Below, one piece after another: positions 1 to 9,097 of a stretch of DNA of 64,000 nt; within the stretch, counting starts at the first letter, position 1, and every line of letters starts with the position of its first letter. The position numbers and the translations under genes are program-made. Below the pieces are notes generated by a model. That model saw only the letters and a program-made list of their open reading frames with translations, was not told the DNA's origin and searched no databases. Where the stretch lies: positions 310,001-374,000 of the IMG/VR virus record IMGVR_UViG_3300029922_000001; one strand, 5' to 3'.

Positions 1-326
1 ACATATGCGCCCCCAGCAGTTTCTAAATTAATAGATACAAAATAATAGACTCTGTTATCAAATGACATTTTAAATACACCTTCATGAAAGAAATCGTACA
101 TTCCAAAAATTGTAAATTCAGGGTGTAATACTTCAATTTTCTCTGAAAGTAAAGATGTTAACAAATCAACTTTACCATAACCTATAGAAAGGCAAAGGTT
201 GTGTTCTGGTGGGATTATATTGCCATGTGCAATTAACTCTCTAAGAGCCAATCCATGTTTCGTGTTTAATCCAATCAATCCGATGTCGTTTGTTTCAATT
301 TTGATGTCATTTGGAAAGTCATCAAC

Positions 327-740
327 ATGGTTATAGCTTCGGTAGAACATAATTTTATTATACATTTCGTGAACTCAATGTGGTATGCTGTTTTTATGAT
401 CTTAACTGATATCGAAATTTATAGTTGTTGTATTTTTGGACAAAATTATACATTTATTGAACACTCCAAAAAGAATATTAAATTATGGAAACAACTTCTC
501 GTTGCTTTATCTGAAAGAAATATTCGTTTTGAAATTAATTCATCTGAAGGTAATGATAAATACAATGATGACTGTTATTGTTTTCTTAATGATTATAAAA
601 CTACAATTTATGTGTTAGATAATTACAGTATTTGCTATCCTTTGATGGATGGAGAATCATGTGATTGGGAAATCGGATCATTTAAGAAATTAATGAATTT
701 TATTGATAATTTTAAAGATCATCCAGCTAGAAAGATTTGA
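327..740 (+). CDS. hypothetical phage protein
   Basis: 137-aa ORF; true start uncertain. Confidence 0.5.
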   Translation: MVIASVEHNFIIHFVNSMWYAVFMILTDIEIYSCCIFGQNYTFIEHSKKNIKLWKQLLVALSERNIRFEINSSEGNDKYNDDCYCFLNDYKTTIYVLDNYSICYPLMDGESCDWEIGSFKKLMNFIDNFKDHPARKI

Positions 741-762
741 TCTAAGGTATACTGTTTTCATT

Positions 763-1899
763 ATGAAACGAATCGGAGAATTTCCACAAAAAGAAGAAGT
801 GCTTAAGCTATTGAGGACGACTGAAAAATCGCTTGTTTGTAAACTTGGTGTCGATCCTACAGCAACTGAGGTTACTTTGGGGTGGGCTGTCGTTTTACGC
901 GAACTAAAGCGTTTACAAGTGTGTGGTCACAGTATCACATTAATTATTGGCGATTTTACGGCTGGCATTGGTGATCCTACAGGTAAGAGCAAAACTCGTG
1001 TACCATTGACACACCAACAAATTAATGATAATGTCAATGCGTTATTACCACAGATTTTTACTATTTTAGATCCTACAAAGACTTCTGTTAAGTTTAATTC
1101 TGATTGGTTGGCTTGTAAGTCATTTGCTGAAATGATGCGTATTATGGCAAATATTACTGTTCAACAAGCTTTGAATCGTAATGACTTCCAGAATCGTTTA
1201 GAAGACAATGCACCCGTAGGATTACATGAAATTATGTACCCTGTTTGTCAGGCTTTGGATTCGGTACATATTTGGGCAGATATTGAAATTGGTGGAGAAG
1301 ATCAATTATTTAATGTTATGATGGGTAGAGATTTAATGAAGCAAATGGGTATGAAACCTCAGTTGCCGTTACTTTTCCCATTGCTTTTAGGTGTTGACGG
1401 TACGCATAAAATGAGCCAAAGTCTTGGTAATTTTATTAGTATTCGTGATACTCCTGAAGATATGTTTGGTAAAACGATGTCGATTCCAGATAGTGCTATG
1501 CCTAACTGGTTCCATTTGCTTACTGATATTTCTTTTGAGTCTGCACAGAAGGAAAATCCTAGAGATACTAAATTAATTTTGGCTGAAGAGATTGTACGTC
1601 AATTCCACGGATTTGAAGCAGCAACTTTGGCAAAAATTAATTTCATCAATAGGTTTACTCATAAGATTGTAATGCCTACTGAAATTCTGGGTTTTTCTAG
1701 AGAGGATGCAAATGAATCTTGGATGACAATTCTTGAAGAAGCTTTACCAGGAGAAAGCAAGAATAACCTTAAAAGATTGGTTCAACATAAGGGAGTGAGG
1801 TTGAACGGTACACCAATTGAGAGTGTGAAGGATTTCCCAGAGGAAGGGATTTTGACAATTGGGAAACTAAGAGCGTGGAAAGTAGAGAGTTACGATTAA
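763..1899 (+). CDS. tyrS: tyrosyl-tRNA synthetase (class I) with atypical HIGH motif
   Basis: LGVDPTA..TLGW (HIGH position), IGDFTAGIGDPTGKS.TR, YPVCQALDS, EIGGEDQLFN, GVDGTHKMSQSLGN (KMSKS-like), short S4-like tail; ATG at 763 follows AGGTATACT. Confidence 0.95.
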   Translation: MKRIGEFPQKEEVLKLLRTTEKSLVCKLGVDPTATEVTLGWAVVLRELKRLQVCGHSITLIIGDFTAGIGDPTGKSKTRVPLTHQQINDNVNALLPQIFTILDPTKTSVKFNSDWLACKSFAEMMRIMANITVQQALNRNDFQNRLEDNAPVGLHEIMYPVCQALDSVHIWADIEIGGEDQLFNVMMGRDLMKQMGMKPQLPLLFPLLLGVDGTHKMSQSLGNFISIRDTPEDMFGKTMSIPDSAMPNWFHLLTDISFESAQKENPRDTKLILAEEIVRQFHGFEAATLAKINFINRFTHKIVMPTEILGFSREDANESWMTILEEALPGESKNNLKRLVQHKGVRLNGTPIESVKDFPEEGILTIGKLRAWKVESYD

Positions 1900-1903
1900 C
1901 TCT

Positions 1904-2209
1904 CTACTTAGCTTCGAATTGAAAGAATGCGTCGTAACTTTCACAATAACCAGGCTTATCATAGGTTACTTTCCAGCCGACTTTATTAAATGCAGGTTCA
2001 ATGTCTAGCCATTTTGAATCAAAGATTTCTGATCTTGCATAGCCAAGTGCTTCTAGGGCACTAACAATAGCATCTTGCTTGATTGTAAAGTAAGTAGAAT
2101 TTTTTTGCTTAATTAGATCATTAACCACGTTGACTACAAAATCAGGTGGTGTATATTCTGCTTTAAGCTTTTTAATATCGGCTGGCGAAATTGGTTTTAC
2201 TTTGTCCAT
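1904..2209 (-). CDS. hypothetical phage protein
   Basis: ORF; likely start MDKVKP at 2209. Confidence 0.7.
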   Translation of the reverse strand: MDKVKPISPADIKKLKAEYTPPDFVVNVVNDLIKQKNSTYFTIKQDAIVSALEALGYARSEIFDSKWLDIEPAFNKVGWKVTYDKPGYCESYDAFFQFEAK

Positions 2210-2236
2210 ATGATTTATTGTAGTATATAATAAACT

Positions 2237-2677
2237 ATGATTGATATTCTGAAAATCTGGAAAGCACAAAATGATGGGATTAAAGAATATGACAATAAGG
2301 CATTATTTAATTTTGAAACACTAGAATATGAACTTAAAAAGCTTTCTGCTAAATATGCAGGGCATCAATATGATGATGAAGTCTTAATAGAACATAAAGG
2401 GTTAATTTATTTAGTAAACACTAAGTATTCATTTGATGAAGATTATCAGCTAATATTAGATAAATATCCTATCGAACCAGTTAGCCACACGGATCAATCT
2501 GTTGATTGGTTAAGTACTTTGCACAATCAAAAAAAAGGCTGGGTTAAAGATTCAGATGGTGGATATTCCAGAGAAATTAAAGTTAATCAAGAATTTAACT
2601 ATACAATGCCCAGTAGAATAAAAGTAGAAGGATATCGTCCTGAATTTATTAAAGGAATACCAATAATAACAATATAA
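2237..2677 (+). CDS. hypothetical phage protein
   Basis: 146-aa ORF. Confidence 0.7.
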   Translation: MIDILKIWKAQNDGIKEYDNKALFNFETLEYELKKLSAKYAGHQYDDEVLIEHKGLIYLVNTKYSFDEDYQLILDKYPIEPVSHTDQSVDWLSTLHNQKKGWVKDSDGGYSREIKVNQEFNYTMPSRIKVEGYRPEFIKGIPIITI

Positions 2678-2737
2678 TCTTGATAGGGTGTCGTAGGGTC
2701 CACTGCGGCACCCGCTTTTTTGTATAATATAATTAAG

Positions 2738-3388
2738 ATGACTAAGAAAAGTGATAAATTTTACAAGAGAGGTAGCAAAAAGAAACATTATATCTGTACC
2801 GGATCTAATAATACATATATTGGGCGTCACGCTGGACAATCTTTAATCACAGGTTGTAATAGTGTCTATGATCGTATAGCGGCTTATGAAAGAGATGTCA
2901 CAGGTAAAAGCTATCTTATTGGTGTAAACAAGGGTAGAATGCCAATCGTAGTTGAAGAGAATTTTATTGTTGAACCAGAAGAGTTTTGTATTCCAGAAAT
3001 TGAATTAATTGATGATGGTTATCGTATTAAACTCAATGACAAGATTAGAGAATCTTTCGTAAATGGTCATTTTAATGAAAGAGATATAGAAGTTAACAGT
3101 TGGGTGGTTACTAAGCGTAAGGGTGAAGATGTTTACGTTGTTCCAGGTGTTGATATTGGACCAACCAAATTTCCTCATGAAATTTTAGTTAAAAGGGCTA
3201 TTCTTCCCAATGGCGAAGTTATTGCACAAAATGAAGATCCAAATATGCCTAATTATAAAAAACCAATTTATAACTGTAGTCATGAAGAATTATCTGAAGC
3301 GATGGTAAAACCAATTAGAGACGCTTTAGCACTTTCTGGAGTAGTTAAAGATCCTAAAATTGATTTTGGAGAGTTAAATGTTCAGTAA
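2738..3388 (+). CDS. hypothetical phage protein
   Basis: ORF; ATG after TATAAT-like boxes. Confidence 0.7.
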   Translation: MTKKSDKFYKRGSKKKHYICTGSNNTYIGRHAGQSLITGCNSVYDRIAAYERDVTGKSYLIGVNKGRMPIVVEENFIVEPEEFCIPEIELIDDGYRIKLNDKIRESFVNGHFNERDIEVNSWVVTKRKGEDVYVVPGVDIGPTKFPHEILVKRAILPNGEVIAQNEDPNMPNYKKPIYNCSHEELSEAMVKPIRDALALSGVVKDPKIDFGELNVQ

Positions 3389-3590
3389 AATTAAAGCAAA
3401 AATTAAAGCAAAAATTAAAGATATAAGAATCAATAGATTATTAAATATGAACGTTTCATTATGGAACTACAACACTAAGCCTGATGGCACTTATGACTGG
3501 AATAATTCTTTTTGCAAACTTAAAGAATTAAGAAAAGAAGAAATAGATTGGTGGTTGGAATACGAAGGATATAAAAAATCATTACAATAA
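3378..3590 (+). CDS. hypothetical phage protein
   Basis: 70-aa ORF overlapping the upstream stop. Confidence 0.6.
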   Translation: MFSKIKAKIKAKIKDIRINRLLNMNVSLWNYNTKPDGTYDWNNSFCKLKELRKEEIDWWLEYEGYKKSLQ

Positions 3591-3593
3591 AGT

Positions 3594-4466
3594 ATGAGTA
3601 ATCCCAAAATTTACCTTGCCGGTCCCATCTCAGGTTGTTCTTATGAAGGCGCAACAGATTGGAGAGAACATGCTAAGAAAGAATTATCGAATTTCAATAT
3701 TGATGGTTTTTCACCAATGCGCAGCAAAGAATATTTACTTGGTAAAACAAGTATTGTATCTGCTCAAGGTGGAAGTGTTTTATCTACACAGAAAGGTATC
3801 GTCACCAGGGATAGAAACGATGTCATGACCTGTGATGCCTTGATTGTTAATTTATTGGGCGCACAGAAACCCACACTAGGCACAATGATTGAATTAGGCT
3901 GGGCAGATGCATGGCGTAAACCAATTATTCTAGTTATGGAAAATGAAAATCTTCATGATCACGCAATGGTTAGAGAATTAGCTGGTTTCATTTTACCAAC
4001 ATTAGATGAAGCAATTGACATTGCTATTAAGCTTCTTAAACCTAATGCTTCTCTTGCTGAAGCTAAGAGAAAAATGGAACCAAAAATTGGGCACACCCAA
4101 CCTAATCCTTTTTTTTATAGACCTATGTTAACTGGTGGTAAATTGACAGATAACATTATTGAGGAAATTGAATACGTTAAAAAACTTGAAAAGGATCTAG
4201 ACGCATTAACTAGATTACAAGAGATTTATTTAGAAAGCTTTCCAACTGAAAAAGGTGTAGAAGAATATCAACAAAAAATTAAGACAATTGAAAATAAGCT
4301 TGCTATTGCACAAAGCGAAGAACCTGCTAAATTCGAAGACACTAAATTAATTGATGTAGCTGTTGACAATCTAATGAAGGCAGAATCAACTAAAAAAAGA
4401 AGATATGATGTTGTTGCTAATGCCGCTGAGAAAGCAGGTATGACAGTTAAAGGGGATAAGAAATGA
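3594..4466 (+). CDS. nucleoside 2-deoxyribosyltransferase-like N-terminal domain plus coiled-coil extension
   Basis: KIYLAGPI...WR...PMR...RDRNDVMTCDALIVNL...GTMIELGWA.A.RKPIILV family pattern in the first ~150 aa. Confidence 0.8.
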   Translation: MSNPKIYLAGPISGCSYEGATDWREHAKKELSNFNIDGFSPMRSKEYLLGKTSIVSAQGGSVLSTQKGIVTRDRNDVMTCDALIVNLLGAQKPTLGTMIELGWADAWRKPIILVMENENLHDHAMVRELAGFILPTLDEAIDIAIKLLKPNASLAEAKRKMEPKIGHTQPNPFFYRPMLTGGKLTDNIIEEIEYVKKLEKDLDALTRLQEIYLESFPTEKGVEEYQQKIKTIENKLAIAQSEEPAKFEDTKLIDVAVDNLMKAESTKKRRYDVVANAAEKAGMTVKGDKK

Positions 4467-4996
4467 ATAATAAAGAAACACTACAGCATATAAAAGAATA
4501 TGAATCTAGAACTGGTCGTAAATGGTTAATGATTGAAAATTTAGATAATGAAGATGTATTAGAAAAATACGAAAGAATGGTACAAGCTCAAAAAATATAT
4601 AAAAGCCAAAAACTATCAGATAACGTTTTACCTGAGTTACCAGTGGCTCCCAACATATTAAATGTTTACAGATTTAATTGGGATTGTGGACGACAAGGAA
4701 GAGTTGAAGGTGTATTTATTTCAACTTCACAAACAATAGAACAATTTATTGGTAGGGATGTTTATTTTGGGGAAATCTTAGGTAAGCATAGTGAAGTATA
4801 CGGAACATTAAATGATAAGGATCTTAACACTATTCCTATAAGCGATGAAGATGCTTATTTAATCATGAAAGTTCTTACGAATTTAAATGGTGATGAAATT
4901 CATAGTATGTTGAAAAATATATGGTCAGGTGAACAGCGTAGCTGTACCTTGACCGGTTATAATCCACTCACTAATATTTCTGGAGAAGATTACTAA
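4463..4996 (+). CDS. hypothetical phage protein
   Basis: 177-aa ORF with ATGA overlap. Confidence 0.7.
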   Translation: MNNKETLQHIKEYESRTGRKWLMIENLDNEDVLEKYERMVQAQKIYKSQKLSDNVLPELPVAPNILNVYRFNWDCGRQGRVEGVFISTSQTIEQFIGRDVYFGEILGKHSEVYGTLNDKDLNTIPISDEDAYLIMKVLTNLNGDEIHSMLKNIWSGEQRSCTLTGYNPLTNISGEDY

Positions 4997-4997
4997 T

Positions 4998-5345
4998 ATG
5001 ATTTATTTGTTTTTGTATGTATGGTTCTGCTACGTGCTGTATTTATTACAAGATGCTAGTGATTGGACTGATGTTTTAGCTTTTGTATTTTTGCCCATTG
5101 TTGCACCAATTTATTTATTTTTCGCTTGGGTTGGTGATTTCTTGAGCGATAAAATTAGTTTTAGGCGTAAAATGAATTGGAATAAAGAACCACACTTAAC
5201 TGTTAAATTTAAAATAGGTTCATTGATGTTTGCAACAGTTGATCCACAAGATTCTGATAAATGGTCTGTTGATCCACTCTATACGTTCTCAGGTATTGTT
5301 ATTCGACACAATAAGCTAATTGGCGTCGTAAAGAAGGTAAACTAA
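4998..5345 (+). CDS. hypothetical membrane protein
   Basis: two hydrophobic N-terminal segments. Confidence 0.65.
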   Translation: MIYLFLYVWFCYVLYLLQDASDWTDVLAFVFLPIVAPIYLFFAWVGDFLSDKISFRRKMNWNKEPHLTVKFKIGSLMFATVDPQDSDKWSVDPLYTFSGIVIRHNKLIGVVKKVN

Positions 5346-5348
5346 TTT

Positions 5349-5693
5349 ATGATTGATATTCCAATGATTATGGGTGGGAGTTGGTATTCAACTTCAGAAA
5401 GAAAAGTGAGAAGTTTATTTAAGGTTAGTGTTATCAACAATGAGCCTGGAGTTAATACAAATAATATATGCAAAAGATTAATATTTCACTTAGAGCATAA
5501 TGAGGGTTTTACTGTTAATTCTGGTGTTGAAGACGGCTATACAATTACCTTATTAAATGAAAATACTTTTAGTGGAGATAAATACAGTTCTAGTTTTACT
5601 GATTTTGAAACATTAGAAAGAAGAATCCAAACTAAGTTCTATTATCATCTTCTAGATTTGGCTATGAAATATGTGGAATCTAAGGTAAACTAA
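5349..5693 (+). CDS. hypothetical phage protein
   Basis: 114-aa ORF in operon spacing. Confidence 0.65.
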   Translation: MIDIPMIMGGSWYSTSERKVRSLFKVSVINNEPGVNTNNICKRLIFHLEHNEGFTVNSGVEDGYTITLLNENTFSGDKYSSSFTDFETLERRIQTKFYYHLLDLAMKYVESKVN

Positions 5694-5697
5694 TTAC

Positions 5698-6024
5698 ATG
5701 GTTACACCAGAAGAAGAAAAAGAAATGCGCAAGAAGTTAGAAGCGCATGAAAATAGTATTGAAACGCCTTATAAACTGACATTAGAGTTTCAGTCCGAAG
5801 AGGTATTGAAGCACTTTATGATGGCAATGTGTGAAGGTGTTGAACAGGATTATTGGAATTGGGTTGACGAAAATGATAAATGGAAAGATCCAGTATTAAA
5901 GGGGTGCAGTCAACATCCTAGTATTAAATATGATTTCAAAAATTATAAAATTAAGTTTATTCACCATAATAATCAAGTAACTAAGGATCTTGGGTTTTAT
6001 TTGCCACCAGGTGAAGAATTGTAA
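5698..6024 (+). CDS. hypothetical phage protein
   Basis: 108-aa ORF in operon spacing. Confidence 0.65.
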   Translation: MVTPEEEKEMRKKLEAHENSIETPYKLTLEFQSEEVLKHFMMAMCEGVEQDYWNWVDENDKWKDPVLKGCSQHPSIKYDFKNYKIKFIHHNNQVTKDLGFYLPPGEEL

Positions 6025-6656
6025 TCTGTATCTAATAAATTGTGGTCATATTCCCAATGATGATTAGGACATAATGCCATAAGATTAGTTATGGCGTTAA
6101 TGTCAGTTATTAAGGCGTCATTATCAAAGCTTGCTACACTTTTAATATGACATACTTGACAATGTTTATCATAACCGCAGATTTGGCATGATTTAAATTT
6201 ACTATTATTTTTAGTTATTTTTCTAGCATGAGATTGAATCGAACATCTTGCTGCATCATAGTTTTTACTTGATGCAAAAAGATCACCTTTTGTTACCGAT
6301 TGATACATTGGATATTTTATTTGAGGTTCTGTTTTTTCTGTTTTTTCTTGATTTTTATTTTTAAAAATCGTGAAACATCTATGAGAACAAAATGCACGTT
6401 CATATTTTTTATATTTTTTGTTGTAATCTATTTGAATTTGATTTCTTTCAAAAGACTTTTTACATTCTTCGCAAATTAAAGTGGTCATTATATTTTTTTT
6501 TCTGAGTTGGCTATTGAGACATTGTTGAGAACAAACTGGACGATATTCACCTTTGCATTTATTTTTTCTATTATTATGTTGACACAATAATCTTTCAAAT
6601 TCTTTACTACAAACACTACATGTCAATGTAATTTTAGCTGCTTTACTTTGTTTCAT
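5997..6656 (-). CDS. free-standing HNH endonuclease with TRASH-like zinc fingers
   Basis: CSVC..F...CSQQC, CEECKKSF...FCSHRC; C-terminal CQICG...VCHIK...NLMALCPNHHWEYD. Confidence 0.85.
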   Translation of the reverse strand: MKQSKAAKITLTCSVCSKEFERLLCQHNNRKNKCKGEYRPVCSQQCLNSQLRKKNIMTTLICEECKKSFERNQIQIDYNKKYKKYERAFCSHRCFTIFKNKNQEKTEKTEPQIKYPMYQSVTKGDLFASSKNYDAARCSIQSHARKITKNNSKFKSCQICGYDKHCQVCHIKSVASFDNDALITDINAITNLMALCPNHHWEYDHNLLDTDYNSSPGGK

Positions 6657-6744
6657 ATTTTTGTATTATATATCTAATATAAAAGTTCCTCTAAGATTTA
6701 TATCAATAATAAAAAATGATGAAAAAATGTGGTAAATCTTAACG

Positions 6745-6758
6745 ATGATGGGTATAAT
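6745..6758 (+). promoter_or_regulatory. -10 box (TGGGTATAAT) driving ncRNA locus A
   Basis: TATAAT at 6753-6758, 5-6 nt before the tRNA-like unit. Confidence 0.7.
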
Positions 6759-6763
6759 ATATT

Positions 6764-6840
6764 TGCGGTTTAGAGTTCTAGTGAACTCACAAGTTTCATA
6801 AGCTTGTCCAGAATAGTGCGATTCTATTAACACGCACCCA
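6764..6840 (+). tRNA. deviant tRNA-like RNA, anticodon CAT, encoded CCA
   Basis: cloverleaf TGCGGTT-TA-GAGT(TCTAGTGA)ACTC-A-CAAGT(TTCATAA)GCTTG-TCCAG-AATAG(TGCGATT)CTATT-AACACGCA-C-CCA; bulged acceptor stem, no D-loop GG, T-loop TGC. Confidence 0.6.
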
Positions 6841-6849
6841 CGAGACTTG

Positions 6850-6914
6850 CTCTGAGAAAACCTGGTTAAAATTCGGTTTTCAGTTAGAAAATCTTTAAAG
6901 AATAGGACTCAGAG
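6850..6914 (+). ncRNA. tRNA-sized multi-arm RNA unit, possibly a degenerate tRNA
   Basis: 7-bp closing stem CTCTGAG/CTCAGAG with internal hairpin AAAACC/GGTTTT; CGAGA at 6919. Confidence 0.4.
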
Positions 6915-6918
6915 ATTG

Positions 6919-7181
6919 CGAGAATTTTATTTAGCAGTAATCAGGCTTAGTGTTGTTGAATCCTGAACAACATGAAAAGAATAAAAGATCGAATAAAGAT
7001 ACTCGTAAGAGTTGAGGGTTTCTAGCTTCCCCCAAAAAGTCTAGAGGACGAGAATTTATTCAGCAGTAGTTAAGCTAGTTTTGAGCGAATGGATCAAAAT
7101 GAAAAGAATAAACGATCATTAAGATACTTGCAAGAGTTGAGGGTTTTCTGGCTTTTCCCGCATAAAAGTTAAGGGACGAGA
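6919..7181 (+). ncRNA. two tandem ~130-nt structured RNA repeats
   Basis: shared blocks AGCAGTA.T.A.GCT, ATGAAAAGAATAAA.GATC, GATACT.G.AAGAGTTGAGGGTTT, GGACGAGA; stems differ in sequence but keep pairing. Confidence 0.7.
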
Positions 7182-7216
7182 GTTTTGTGTTTGTGTTTGT
7201 ATTTATATTGAATTGA

Positions 7217-7250
7217 AAGCCTTTGGAATTTTCCAAAGGCTTCTTTTTAT
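7217..7250 (+). terminator. intrinsic terminator of ncRNA locus A
   Basis: AAGCCTTTGGAA-TT-TTCCAAAGGCTT hairpin followed by a T-tract. Confidence 0.8.
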
Positions 7251-7258
7251 AATAGAGC

Positions 7259-7501
7259 ATGACTCAAATCGAAATTGATAACATCAAATCAGCAAAAGAA
7301 TTAAGGCATGAAGAAATTGCTCAAATTAAGACTCAAATTAATATTCTTAAAAAACAAAAAACAGAATTAGATTTACAAGATAACGCTATACAAAAAGCTA
7401 ATTCCGCAATATGTGACCATACATTACCAAATGGTAAAACAGCTTGGCAAGGTGGTTTTATGTTTAGTATATGTTCTATCTGCGATGACTGTGACTTATA
7501 A
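7259..7501 (+). CDS. hypothetical coiled-coil/zinc-ribbon protein
   Basis: CDH...CSICD; leaderless after TATAAT. Confidence 0.65.
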   Translation: MTQIEIDNIKSAKELRHEEIAQIKTQINILKKQKTELDLQDNAIQKANSAICDHTLPNGKTAWQGGFMFSICSICDDCDL

Positions 7502-8464
7502 TACTTTATTTAATTCATCACAAGTCCATTCAATTGCTGCTAGTGTGTTTAGTTTGTGTTCCCATCTAGTTGGGATTGCTTCATAACCATATATCAATCC
7601 TAAAATATTACCAGCTATAGCACCTGTACTATCTGAATCACCATCATGGTTTACAGCATTGACAACACCTGAAACAAAATCCTTTGATGTTAGCGCACAG
7701 TAAATAGCAATTGCTAACGCTTGCTCACCTATCCAACCTTGACCTAATATATTAAGCATAGGCATATTGAAATCTTTCTTTGCAAAGTTTAAAGCATGTT
7801 TAGAATAGAAGTATGTGTCGGTTTCACCAGTTACACTTTTAAGGTACTCTAGCGTCTGTTCTACAGCTTTAAATGGTTCAGTCTGGTTATCTAATAAGGA
7901 TATCAAATAAGCGAACGCTCCAGCAGAATAAATACCATCAGGGTGGTTATGTGATAGGTTAGCGGCTTCTACAGCAAAATCAAAAGCATCTTCTGGTTCA
8001 AAATATAAACCAATTGGAGCAGAACGCATAACCGCACCACAACCCTTTCTATCATTTGGGATAGGGAATTCAGCATTGTGTTCAATGAGATATTGAAATG
8101 AGGTTAAACACGTATGTCCAGCAGATTTATCTCCCCACATGCTTTGAAATTGTAATAGACCTTTTGTGTGTAATTTAGAATTATATTGTTTCTTTTGAGT
8201 TAAATACCATTTCTTATATTCTTCGCGAACGTTGTTAAGTCTTTGTTCTTCTGAGTCGCATGGCAAACTTAATGCATAAGCAGTAAATAGTGTTAACTGT
8301 GTATCATCAGTAATACAACCATCATCTCCATAAGCTGGGTGAATGTCTGTAATTCCGTTTTCTCCATATTGATTTAATATTTCAGATCGTGATTTAAACT
8401 CAACTGGTGCGCCTAATGCATCTCCAACCGCACCACCCATAATACAAGCTTTGACGTTATTCAT
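7496..8464 (-). CDS. ADP-ribosylglycohydrolase (DraG/ARH family)
   Basis: GGAVGDALGAPVEF, ITDDTQLT, KGCGAVMRSAPIGL, SHNHPDG, VNHDGDSDSTGAIAGNILG. Confidence 0.95.
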   Translation of the reverse strand: MNNVKACIMGGAVGDALGAPVEFKSRSEILNQYGENGITDIHPAYGDDGCITDDTQLTLFTAYALSLPCDSEEQRLNNVREEYKKWYLTQKKQYNSKLHTKGLLQFQSMWGDKSAGHTCLTSFQYLIEHNAEFPIPNDRKGCGAVMRSAPIGLYFEPEDAFDFAVEAANLSHNHPDGIYSAGAFAYLISLLDNQTEPFKAVEQTLEYLKSVTGETDTYFYSKHALNFAKKDFNMPMLNILGQGWIGEQALAIAIYCALTSKDFVSGVVNAVNHDGDSDSTGAIAGNILGLIYGYEAIPTRWEHKLNTLAAIEWTCDELNKVL

Positions 8465-8497
8465 GATATTATTATACGTATAATGGTATAATCAGAT

Positions 8498-9097
8498 ATG
8501 GACACATGGCTTACTGCCGATTGGCACTGCGGAGAAGACAGATTTAAACTTATGGGACGACCTTTTACGTCCCCACAACAAATGATTGATACATTAGTCG
8601 AAAACCATAACAAATTAGTAGCTCCTGATGCACATGTTTATATGTTAGGTGATGTTTGTGCTAGTCAACATCCTGAATATCTGGATCAAGTATCTCGTTT
8701 CAACGGTACCAAGGTTCTTTTGCGTGGGAACCATGATCGCGGAATTTCAGACAAAGAATTCTCACCTTATTTTCAAGAAATCATTCCAGAAGGCGAAGGA
8801 ATCTATATCGAATTTGGTGGTATTGATTGTTATCTAACACATTACCCAACTTGTGGTAAAAAAGACTGTTTTAATTTAGTTGGTCATGTCCATAACGCAT
8901 GGCGAATTCAGCTTAATATGCTTAATGTTGGGGTTGATGCTAATCATTTTATTCCAGTAAATACAAAAGTTATTCCAAGACACATTGAATCACTTGGTAA
9001 TTTCTATGATTTAGATGCTTTTGTGTGTTATGACGACATCAATACAAGTCATTGGGCTACCAGAGGGAAGAAAGAAAAATATTTTAACCGCCAATAG
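8498..9097 (+). CDS. calcineurin-like metallophosphoesterase
   Basis: TADWH, LGDV, LRGNHD, LTHYP, GHVH motifs. Confidence 0.9.
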   Translation: MDTWLTADWHCGEDRFKLMGRPFTSPQQMIDTLVENHNKLVAPDAHVYMLGDVCASQHPEYLDQVSRFNGTKVLLRGNHDRGISDKEFSPYFQEIIPEGEGIYIEFGGIDCYLTHYPTCGKKDCFNLVGHVHNAWRIQLNMLNVGVDANHFIPVNTKVIPRHIESLGNFYDLDAFVCYDDINTSHWATRGKKEKYFNRQ

